Positions 25,101 to 37,100 of a stretch of DNA of 64,000 nucleotides are shown in pieces. The translations under genes and the position numbers were made by a program. Every line of letters begins with the position of its first letter. Position 1 is the first letter of the stretch. Source of the stretch: Macrostomum lignano. Its lineage: Eukaryota. The notes under the pieces are model-generated. The model saw nothing but the letters and a program-made list of their open reading frames with translations. It did no database searches and was not told the DNA's origin. The stretch covers positions 290,775-354,774 of the forward strand of contig NIVC01000449.1 in assembly GCA_002269645.1 (NCBI GenBank), in the 5' to 3' direction.

Positions 25101-28100
25101 GAAGTTTAGTAGTGAAGCAGCTGTTGGGAATACCATACCAATAAGCGCTCAAGAGGGAATAGCATCCTATCAGTTAGTAGATAGATTCCCTAGTATATCA
25201 GCTATTAGTATTAGATCGCGCGAAGCTCGCTGCAAATTAGAATCAGTTGAATTCTCGCCTTATAAAAGTGAGAATGTCATTGAACCGATCCCGTTCGTTA
25301 GAGAGTGGTTCAGAGCAAATTCCGAATGAGAACAGGGGCGCAGCCGCCGCTGCAGCCGCATCTCCATGCGCTAGCCCTGATGATGGCATATTTGGAGCAG
25401 ACTCAGACTTCATTAGAGGTCTTGGCGCAGGCGTAAATGCTAACCTGCTGCAAAACCTGCTCGTAAATATGAACAGGCAGATGAATCTGCAGACTAAAAA
25501 GCAGATTAAAATCGCCAAGTACAAGCCATCAATGGACATTCGAATTTGGCTCGAAATGTTTGAGATGAAGTGCGAAAGAGAAGAAGTCTATGACATGAGA
25601 GAGAGGAAAGCTTTAATCATGGATAGCCTAGATATGGAGACTGCCCTCGCCGCAGTTCTGCATATGAAGCTACCACATGATCTTCCTTATCACAGCTTTC
25701 GGGAGCAGCTCATTGAGCGCTTCGAGAAGCTTGGCGGACCAAACGCCTATAGGGAAGAGTTCCGCTCTCGATTGCAGCGGAAGAATGAGTCAGTTGATGA
25801 CTATGCTGAAACGCTTCAGGCACTCGGAGAACAAGCGTACCCGAACCTGAGAGCTGACCAGATTGAGATAGAGCTCGTAGATGCTTTCACCCGCGGTGTA
25901 CGCGTAAGCCCTGACACTCGCGAAAAGCTTCTACTGATGCAACCGGCTACGATTATGGAGGCAAAGCGTGCGCTCAAGCGCATAGAAGCTGCGCGAGAGT
26001 TCGCCAATCGAACTCGTGACGCGCCCGTCAGGATGATGCAAGATGACTCGCGATCATCAGAGCATTCCATCCCCAAAGGCCTCCAAGAGTTGATGACAAG
26101 GCAGACAGCCGCGCTGGAACGCCAGCAGCAGGCTACGCAGCAGTTGCTTGAGCTTGTAAGCTCGCAAAGCGCGTGTCCGCCAGGACTGCAGCAGCCGAGA
26201 GCTGCGCATCACCAGCAGTCCCACTGGTCGAGCAACGTCGAGATTCCGAGATACCGACAGCGTGCAACATGCTACGGCTGTGGCCAGGAAGGCCATCTTC
26301 TCGGACAATGCCAGCGCTACAAAGAGCAGCAAGCGCTCGGAAAGCGCTATTCGTGTGAACGCTGCGGAGAGTCAGGACATGCTGTCCAAGATTGTCCCGC
26401 GCGTGGTATTGATCGACAGTACAAGAAGAAAGTTTCGGGAAACGGCGCCGCAGGCGGTTGCGACGGCAACAACCCCTGCGTCAACAGCCAAGAGCCCGCA
26501 GCCAAGAACACCCGGCGACAGTAAGCTTCGCTGGAGGAGAGGAGGCACGTCCCTCAGGCCATCAGGACTCGAGTGAGATCGGTGCCAATTTTGTACAAAA
26601 TCTATGCGATGCCGACCCATATGTTACGGCACATATATCCCGATGCAGTGTCGCCTTCCTGTTAGATACCGGTAGCAGACGGAATCTAATTGGCAGCGAT
26701 ACTTGGTCTGCGATTAAGGCGCAGCACCCAAATTGCGTAGTTTCACCTACTTATTCCGATGCGATCCAAATGTATGATGGATCTGCACTAGCGCTGCTAG
26801 GCAAAGTTTTTATTCCGATTGAGTTTGGCGACTTTAGCGCTGAAACTGAATTTTACATCGCTAAAGGCGCTCATGAAAATATTTTGGGGATTAACTTTAT
26901 GAGAGAAAACTGCCTTGAGCTAAATTTTCAGCAAGGTATGTTGACTTTCAAATCGTTAACCCGTGTGCCAGTGAGATTTACTAGACGCGAAGCTGCAGCC
27001 AGTAGATTGTATACAGCCGACAGGTATACAATTCCACCGCGCAGCACACGCGTAGTTGAAGTGAAAGTGGCGAAAGGGCGCCAAGATTTGAATGGCACGC
27101 CCCTGATTTTCGAGCCACTGAAATCCGGTAATAGAGTAGGCAGCCTTACTTACACTATGGCGCCAGCACTCTTAACCGTGAATGAAGGCCACAGCTATTT
27201 AGAAATAATCAATAATAGTTCGGCTGAAATTACAATTAGAAACAATGTACTGCTTGGAGTAGCTAGTCCGCTTAAATGGCAGGATTTAGCGTACTTCGAA
27301 GAGCCTTCAGAGGCGCGAGTCAGACACTTGCAGCCGGATGATGCCCAAGCAGGAAAGAAGAGCTGGATAGATCAGATAGAAATTAGTGACCAGCTCTCAG
27401 CAGATCAGAAGAAATTAGTTAGAGAACTGCTGCTCCAAAAGAGCGCAGCTTTCGCCAAAGACGAGCTAGACCATGGGCTCACGCATCTAGTGACTCATGA
27501 GATGATCATGACTGATAACACTCCAGTCAGAATTCCGCCGCGCAGAGTGCCGCCGCACTTGCAGGAAAAGCTCGATGGCGTAATAGATGAGATGTTGGCA
27601 AAGAACATCATCAGGCCAGCATACTCTAGTTACAACTCGCCAGTGCTGTTAGTACCTAAAAAGGATGGAACAGTTAGATTAGTGTTAGATTATCGCGAGT
27701 TGAATAAGAAATGTTTAAGGCACGTCTATCCTCTGCCTAACATTCAAGATACCTTTGCTTGCTTAAAGGGCTCGAATTTCTATTCCTGCCTAGACTTAGC
27801 GCAAGGTTTCTTTCAAATACCGCTTAGACAAGAAGATCAGCATAGAACAGCCTTTTCAATTATTAATCGTGGCCAATTTTGTTTTAATGTGCTACCAATG
27901 GGCTTGACTGATTCGCCCGGCTCATTCCAAAGGACCATTAATTTGCTCCTAGAAGGATTGAAGCCCCACACTGCGCTCGGGTATATGGATGACATTCTAG
28001 TTCATTCAGTAACCTTTGAGCAGCATCTTGCGCACTTAGAAACAGTGCTGCAGCGCGTAATTGACGCGAAACTGAAGCTGAAGGCGAAGAAATGTTCGCT

Positions 28101-31100
28101 GTTCTCAGCTGAGTTGGCTTACTTAGGACATAAGCTAACTCCTGAAGGTGTCAAGACGGATGAGGCGAAGCTCGCCGCTATCCGCGATTGGCCAGTGCCG
28201 CGCACAGCCTCGCAGCTGCGCAGTTTTCTAGGCCTGGCCCAGTACTATAAGAAGTACATTAAGGACTATTCTAGTATAGCATCGCCATTGCACGCTTTAA
28301 CGCGCAAAACTATCACTAGCCTGTCAAAATTATGGACTGACGAGCATCAACAAGCTTTTCAGGCCCTGAAGGACAAATTATGTTCTTCAGAAGTTTTAGC
28401 TTATCCTGAATTTACCAGTGATCCTAAGGTGTCATTCATCTTGGACACAGATGCTAGTGATATAGGAATTGGCGCATGCTTAGGCCAGATTCAGTCTGAT
28501 GGCGAGAGCATCCTATTGCTTACTTCAGCCGCAAGTTGTCAGCTGCAGAAATGCGCTACACGACAACTAAGAAAGAGTTGTTAGCGATTGTCGATTCTCT
28601 CCGACATTTCCGCTACTATCTATTAGGGAAGAAGTTTAAGATTAGGACAGACCATTCCGCGCTTTGCTGGCTACTTCGCCAAACTGAAGCCACCGGAATT
28701 CTAGGTCGTTGGGTGCAGAGGTTGAGTGAGTTTGATTTCGAGTTGTCCCATAGAGCTGGGAAACTGCACGTCAACGCTGACACGTTGTCCAGGAAGCCGG
28801 AGACCCCGGCCCAATGTTCAACTAGCGCCTTGAATAACCCATGCGAGATTCGAGAGGCAACTGTCTCAGGCCCCCGACTGACCGCATTGCTGGAGGAGAG
28901 TGCGCCAGCTAAAGATGCTGCTGTAAAGCGCATCAAGAGTGCCTGCGAGAAATCAGACTGGGAAAGAAGCGAGGAGGCCACTGTGAATTCAGCCCACCCG
29001 CCGGAAATCCCTCAACACTCAGGATGTGATGAAGGCGCGTTAAGGCCCGACTGCTCTCCCATGAGCCCGCCTAATGCAACCGATAGTCTAACTAAGACTC
29101 CATGGCTCGATTGCTTTCCCATAAGCCTGCCAGGTGTCGCCAAACCAAGTGCGCAGAACTCGAATTGCTCCCCTCTGAGCCGTTCTGCTGCAATGCCGAC
29201 TATCTCGAAGGTCAAATCGAAGCGATCACTGACCCTGATGTCGAGCAATCCTGCTGAGATGGGCACTAAAGCGTCGATACGATGCGGATTCCAATCCCGC
29301 CTTCGACATGCCAATCAGCAGTGGATGAAGAATTCTGCCAGAGCCAGAAAGGCGCCTCAGAATTGGCTGCCAGAAGCTGAGTGCTCTGATGATGATCATG
29401 ATGCAACAGGTTCGGACTGCACGACAGAATCTGAGACCAATCGACAGCCTGATTCGCCCGATGCATTGCCGAAGCCTCAGTTTGATTTCGACTCCCACCA
29501 GTCACCGTCGCTGCCAAGATGTCGATTTCTGCTGTCTGAAGCCCTAGAAGCACCGATTACGAGACAGGAGCTGCTTGAAGCGCAGAAGAGAGACCCTGTA
29601 CTCGCGAAAATCGCTGAGCTGAAGGCGCAGAGTGCGCCCAAACCGTCTTTTGACGAGAGACTAAGCATGAGCAAGGAAATGAGAAACCTGCTCGGGTACT
29701 ATGAGACCCTATGCTTAGATGATGATGGCATTCTAATGATAGATTTCGATGATAATCGACCCATTAGATTTGTCTTGCCAAAGGAGTTAGACGCTGCAGT
29801 AATGCGCGCACTGCATGACTCCCCGCTAAGCGGCCATTTGGGCCAGAAAAAGACTCTGCAGAGAGTCCAGCAGTTATTCTGGAGACCCGGAATTCACACT
29901 GTGGTCGATCGTTATATCGCCCAGTGCAGAGCTTGCTTAGAGAGCAAAGCCAGGCGCAAAGTGCACTTGCCGCCTCAGAAATTCCCGGTCGGAGATGTGT
30001 TAGACCGCGTACACTTGGAAATCATGGGCCCAATCAATCAGCCTAGTGCTGCAGGCCATAGATATGTCCTAACCTTGTGTGACGCGACGTCGAAGTATCC
30101 GTGGGCCTATGCTCTGAGAAATCAGAAGGCCAAGACGATTATCAAAGTGATTCAGGAACAGTTCATTCCAATTTACGGTGTGCCAGCCCAGTTCCATTCT
30201 GATCAAGGAACTAATTTTACGGGCGCCGCCTTTAATAATTTTTGCAAATTATATGGGATAAGACACACAGTAACTTGTCCGTATAATCCTGCATCTAATG
30301 GACTTGTTGAGAACCTGAATCGGAATATTAAGTCTGTGCTGACATGTCTGTTAGAGACCAAGCACAAAGATTGGGCACACTATCTGCCAGCTTGCTTAAT
30401 AGCGCTGCGCACGGCTGTTCACTCAGTGACAGGATACAGCCCGCATTTTCTGATGTTTGGCCGCACGTTCAATTTGCCTATTGAGAACGCATTGCGCCAC
30501 TCACCTGATTATCAGAATTTGCCAGATTATGTGCGCCAATTTGAAAGTCGACTGAGTGAGGCGACCGCCCTAGCAAAAGAGCGAATTCGCGCTCAGCAGG
30601 ATTTCCGCGTAGATCACTTTGCCGGAAAACCGCAAGTAGATCCGCTGCAGCCAGGACAATTAGTGTTCTTGGCGAATCCAGTGCTAGAGGCCGGTGAAGC
30701 GCCGAAATTCCATAGACCGCGGAAGGCCGTCTATGAGGTGATTGAGCAAAAGGGCGAGCTGGTCTACAAGATCCGTCGCCAAGGCGAGAAGCGCCGTGCT
30801 CGAAAAGAGGTGCTTGTAGTGCACCGAAAGAATCTGCTCCCCGTGCCAACTGCCGACTATCTCCCACAGGTCGCAGAAGCACAGCACCCGATGCACCGAC
30901 AGCGTTGTCATCCGGCGCCACAGGCTGCTACCGAAGCGCCAGGCTGCCACGCTGAGTTCTGCACCGAGGATTCCGACGAGGACGGAGACGAGAGCATTGT
31001 CGACGTGAATTGGGCGCACCCAGCTGCAGCCGCCGCTGCGCTGAGGTCGACGCGCTCGCCGCTGCAAGCGCGATCGCGAGGCGCCAACGCTGAAGTTGTC

Positions 31101-34100
31101 GACCGAGGAGCTGAAATGAGGATGGGAGATGTTGCGCCCATCGAGGTTGCGCAATTGCCGTCACGCAGCCCAAGCCCACGCGAATCTCCTATTCCCGCGC
31201 TCCCATCCCCCATCGCACCTGAGCAACAACTAGGAGAAATTTCGACTATAGATAGGCAGGCAACTAGGACTAGGGACGTCGATCTAGCGACACTAAACCG
31301 CCCAGAGCGATTGCGCAGGGAACCTGATAGGTTACAGGTCAACCCTAGCCGCAAGACATATGCGTCTCGCCTGGCGAGGTTACTTAACCGCATCTTCCGT
31401 CGAAAATAATTGCCTTCCAGCGACAATTATGTCGGACGAAGAAATGAAATCCGCGATCAGGACTACAACTAAACCTAAAAAGCCGGCGGGTGGCACTACT
31501 GTTGCCCAGAGGGTCGATCAGATGAGGAACCAGGGCGAACTCCAGCTCCGGAGCTCGGTGGCTGTTCCGCTAAATAGCCGAGTTCCCTCATTGACCTTCT
31601 TGAACGAAGAATTGGAGCTGATGGCCCCGGACTCACCTTTGGATGACACCACCGCCAGGGCATCCATCAATCGTTTGAGACCGGCAGATGAAGGCATTCC
31701 ATTGGTGCCGCAACCAAAGGGTCTGCGCCCAATTGATGCTGGTGCCGCTTCGCAGGAGCGCCCGTCAACAGTAGGAGGCGGCCCCCAAGGGCGCCCAGGA
31801 GGCGCGGACACACCGCAGCCCCGCGGCGATCCAGAGGCCCGTCCTCTGATCCGCCGTCGAGGACGACGAGCAGGCCGTTTCCGAGGCCCAGCTGGGCGAG
31901 AGCTGTTTTTAAGCCTGTGCCAGGCTGCTGCCCGGGCAGCCACCGCCACGCCGCTTTATGCGCGAAACGTGAGGCCTCCTGGCCCCTGTCCGCCGCCTGG
32001 ATTGCGAGCTCCGCCAACGACACCGGTCAGCCGCGGCACGTCCACCGACGATCTCATGGCGTGGACAAGACAGAGACAGGCCCAGGCCATCGCTGATTTG
32101 ATTAAGCTGGCTGGCGTACGCCGGCACTTGTTCGCCGAGCTGCCGCCAGACCTACAGGCCCAGCTCAGGCAAGAAAGCCTGCAGTCCCGGCAAACACTTT
32201 TTGAATGGGCGGCGAACTTAGCAGCCAGGAAGCTGGCCGACCGAGAATTCAGCCGCCAACACACTGAACTGGTAGCGCGGCGATTCGCCGCGGAGCTCGG
32301 CCATGTAGACCTGCCGCCGCCGCTCAAGGCCGTCCTGCGAGAGTAAGGCGAGAGTGGACATGTGCGATTATTTCCGCTCTAACTATCTGAACTCAATCTG
32401 ATGGTGCGACAGGCCAATCCGGCCTCTATTAAGCATTTTCCTGTTATTCAAATTTATCCCCCCCCCTTTTCTCAAGGCATTCAGGATGTTGCATTTTCTT
32501 TGGATCAGGTCAAACTCTACTTTGTTCTTAGGTTATTTTGTACACCGTTGCCGAAATCAATCCTCGAACTTATTTTTGGTTCTACATTTCTCAGCCAAAT
32601 GATGACGCCTGTAATTCGCCTTCTCTTCGCCAATATTTGTTCTGCATGTAACATCTATTGAATAAATATGACGAACTTACCTTTTTCAAATAAACGCTGA
32701 AGCCGTCAGCTTCTTCCGGCTCATCTTTTAGCTGGAGGAGAGTGATGTGGCCGCAGCCTTCTGCTGCAAGCATAGGGCCGCAGTCACATCTTAGGCGCTG
32801 CTGTCCGCTGCTAGTATCTGGAATAGGAATTTTTCTGCTGCCTCCAAGCACTCTAAGCAGCCTTCCTTGGCGCTCAGAAGTTGCACAATATGGCGCAATC
32901 TTTTGACATAGGAAATTAGGAAGTTTTGCCTAGCCTAGGGTTAGTTAGTGGAAGCCGCCAAATTTGGCGCTTGCCTGTACTGTTGTTGCCTGGCCTGCCG
33001 CGTACAATCGCTCAGTGTACGCAAGTCTAGTTAGCCGCACTCCTCCCCCGTGCGCTCTCTGGACCCTTCCCCTTCTGCTCTCTCGTTCCTCCTGCGTCCG
33101 AGCCTCTCCCCATGCGTCATTCTATTTTTAGACTGAGGGTTTCGCGGACCCCGTGTCCCGAGCTGAACCCTCCCTCACGTGCAGCCTTGTGCGCACAAGC
33201 CCAAATTTGGCATGCTATTGTCACTGGTGGCTTGAGGCGACTGTCGGCGCTTCGTACAAGCTACTTTCTCCCCCATGTTTAATCAATATCTGTTGTGCAT
33301 CATTATCCGCACTTTTCGGGCTGCAGTTCCATGGTCAAGCCACGGAATGCCCAAACGCTCCACCCTCCGCGTTCTATATTAACGAATGCAGGCCCGCTTG
33401 TCTGAATTTTTCCTCAGAACCGTTTTGACCGCTGGTCAGACGTGTCGAGAGCCTTCTCCAAGTCAAGCGCTCTAGCGCCGGTTAACAGCGAAGCAAAGCT
33501 CCTGAGCAGGTCTTGGTAGAGCTTTAAGCATCGCTAAGCAGCTGCAAGCTCCTGAGCAGGTCTTGGTAGAGCATTGCAGCGCTCAAGCAGAAAGCACGCT
33601 TCTGAGCAGGTCTTGGTAGAGCATTGCTAGTGCTATAGCTCTGGTTTTCCAGCCTACCCTATTGGCAGGAAATCAGTTAGCTGAAGCCATTCTGCTAGTG
33701 TCTATTCGCGACACAGGCGCGAATAAGAGTGAGAGTGAGTGTGCAGACGCAGCACTCGTGCGCGATCCTAAGACTAGCTGTTAGTTTATAGGCCTAGAGT
33801 CTATTGCTGCTTCAGGCGCATAGACCTATTCCTCGCCGCCCATCTGCGCGAGACGTAGCTATTAGGTTAGTAGGAGTTAGGGGTCCTCTGAGAGCTAAAC
33901 TCAGACACGCTCAAGCGCGGACATTTGTCAGTGCCAGGACTGCGCCGCTCAGGCCATTTGCTACCATTGAGTCCTGTCACTTGGACATTGAAATATCTGA
34001 GACTAGTTGTTCTAGCGTTATTTATTTGCGTGGAGCCCAAACAGACCCCTTCATTGCGGATCCTACGGTTCCCACGCTGGTGGCAGCACTACCCTTAATT

Positions 34101-37100
34101 TTAGATTTCCCCAGTCTCAACCCCCACAAGCGTGCTTGCTAAGGTTGCCTCGGCCAATAGCAGTCCGCCTCACCCTAGCAGCCAGATACCGAGACACAAC
34201 ACTGGTGGCAGCGGTGGGATACCAAGATTTACAGACCCGAGCCAAGGCAATCAGAAGCAAGGGCACTTTAATGTAGGGATGATAAATTGAGGGGAGTCTT
34301 ATGTAGGCGTTATTAGAGTATGGGGATTATAATTTATAGGATTATTCGACCCAACTCACAGCTTTCAATCTCCACAGTGCAATTCTGCACATCCAGTGGG
34401 TAATAGTGCAGATCCATCATACAAGCCAATGTGGTAGTGAATCTGAAATCAAAGTTTAAAAGTTGATAATTATTTAAAAATCAATTCTCCTATTAGTGCT
34501 ATTTTCATTATCGATTTTTGCACATAGATTGTACAGCCCTACCGGTCTCAATCTCACCTCATCCCGTAGATTATCCTGCCATCTCCATACAACCGGACCA
34601 TCTTGTTCTGCTCGGTCACGTCGTGAAGAAACGAGTGCTTGTCGTTCGCGAGAAAAGTGTCCGGCACCCAGATCCTGCTGGCGAACTCGCCTGTCAGAGT
34701 CATCGACTTGTTGGGATTCTTCACGTCGAAAGCGAGTCGCCTGTCGGTCCAGTACTGGTTGAGGTACATCGTTATGGTGTAGTCCTGGGGGCGGGTGGGG
34801 TGAGTTGAACCGTGAGTAGAGACCGAGATATTTGAGAATAAAGGGTCACTGGAGTACTATTAGAGTGAAAAACAACCGAGTGCTATACAGAGTGAGAATA
34901 GAGTGAGAGAACGAAGGGATAATAGAGAGTGACAATGTAGAGTGACAATGGAGAGTGCCAATGGAGAGTGACAATGGAGAGTGACAATGGAGAGGAATGA
35001 CAACCGGAAGTGACAATGGAGAGTGATAATGGATAGTGGCAATGGAGAGTGACAATGGAGAGTGACAATGGATAGTGGCAATGGAGAGTGACAATGGAGA
35101 GTGGCAATGGAGAGTGACAATGGAGAGTGACAATGGAGAGTGGTAATGGAGAGTGACAATGGAGAGTGGCAATGGAGAGTGGCAATGGAGAGTGACAATG
35201 GAGAGTGACAATGGATAGTGGCAATGGAGAGTGGCAATGGAGAGTGACAATGGAGAGTGGCAATGGAGAGTGACAATGGAGAGTGACAATGGAGAGTGAC
35301 AATGGAGAGTGACAACGGAGAGTGACAATGGAGAGTGACAATGGAGAGTGACAATGGAGAGCGACTACGGAGTTACAAGGGGATTATAATGCATAGTGCA
35401 CCCTTAAGACGTGTACTTTCATAAAATAAGTTAACTTAAACACACTATCACCAAAATTTCTTTAGAATTTCTCGCTGAACTTTTTAGCATTTCTATCTTC
35501 TTTTAAATTTCGTTCTGTCTATTAACTTAATCAAAGTTATGAGACTCCAGTAATGAACTTAAATCAGCACTGCGTGCTTTCGTGAAGAACTTTCTCAAGG
35601 ACAACACTTTCAGTTTCACACGCAAAATTCTGCATGTTAAAGATATATTTTTCGAAATAGGAAGCATACTCTGAATTTTCGGTTTAAAAATTTACCTGAA
35701 AGCATAACGCATCGAAATTAGAGATCAAGTGCATCTGCAGGACCTTAGATTAATACATTTTCGCAGTTTCGCTGTGGGCACCCTGGTGCCCCTGTCTCTT
35801 GGTGGGCGCCCCTGTCTCTTGGTTGGGTGCCCCTGTCTCTTGGTGGGCGCCCCTGTCTCTTGGTTGGGTGCCCCTGTCTCTTGGTGGGTGCCCCTGTCTC
35901 TTGGTGGGCGCCCCTGTCTCTTGGTTGGGTGCCCCTGTCTCTTGGTGGGCGCCCCTGTCTCTTGGTGGGTGCCCCTGTCTCTTGGTGGGTGCCCCTGTCT
36001 CTTGGTGGGCGCCCCTGTCTCTTGGTGGGTGCCCCTGTCTTTTGGTGGGCGCCCCTGTCTCTTGGTGGCCGCCCCTGTCTCTTGGTGGGCGCCCCTGTCT
36101 CTTGGTTGGGTGCCCCTGTCTCTTTGTTGGGTGCCCCTGTCTCTTGGTGGGCGCCCCTGTCTCTTGGTGGGTGCCCCTGTCTCTTGGTGGGTGCCCCTGT
36201 CTCTTGGTGGGCGCCCCTGTCTCTTGGTTGGGTGCCCCTGTCTCTTGGTGGGCGCCCCTGTCTCTTGGTGGGTGCCCCTGTCTCTTGGTGGGTGCCCCTG
36301 TCTCTTGGTTGGTACCCCTGTCTCTTGGTGGGCGCCCCTGTCTCTTGGTGGGTGCCCCTGTTTCTTGGTGGGTGCCCCTGTCTCTTGGTGGGTGCCCCTG
36401 TCTCTTGGTGGGCGCCCCTGTCTCTTGGTGGGCGCCCCTGTCTCTTGGTGGGTGCCCCTGTCTCTTGGTGGGCGCCCCTGTCTCTTGGTGGGCGCCCCTG
36501 TCTCTTGGTGGGTGCCCCTGTCTCTTGGTGGGCGCCCCTGTCTCTTGGTGGGTGCCCCTGTCTCTTGGTGGGCGCCCCTGTCTCTTGGTGGGCGCCCCTG
36601 TCTCTTGGTGGGCCCCCCTGTCTCTTGGTTGGGTGCCCCTGTCTCTTGGTGGGTGCCCCTGTCTCTTGGTGGGCGCCCCTGTCTCTTGGTGGGTGCCCCT
36701 GTCTCTTGGTGGGTGCCCCTGTCTCTTGGTGGGTGCCCCTGTCTCTTGGTGGGCGCCCCTGTCTCTTGGTTGGGTGCCCCTGTCTCTTGGTTGGGTGCCC
36801 CTGTCTCTTGGTTGGGTGCCCCTGTCCCTTGGTGGGCGCCCCTGTGTCTTGGTTGGGTGCCCCTGTCTCTTTGTTGGGTGCCCCTGTCTCTTGGTGGGCG
36901 CCCCTGTCTCTTGGTTGGGTGCCCCTGTCTCTTGGTGGGTGCCCCTGTCTCTTGGTGGGTGCCCCTGTCTTTTGGTGGGTGCCCCTGTCTCTTGGTGGGC
37001 GCCCCTGTCTCTTGGTGGGTGCCCCTGTCTCTTGGTGGGCGCCCCTGTCTCTTGGTGGGCGCCCCTGTCTCTTGGTGGGCGCCCCTGTCTCTTGGTGGGC

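Larger units (their letters stand above)
23515..34270 (+). mobile_element. Full-length Ty3/Gypsy LTR retrotransposon (10,756 bp), antisense in channel intron 4
   Basis: 1528-bp LTRs (23515-25042, 32743-34270), almost identical (one T/G mismatch seen, 24214 vs 33442). 4-bp TSD ATGT, PPT GGAGGAGAG before 32743, and gag, pol (PR-RT-RH-IN order) plus a third ORF. Confidence 0.97.

Noticed and set aside
31429-32346. env gene
   Set aside because: No signal peptide, furin-plus-fusion-peptide arrangement or transmembrane anchor
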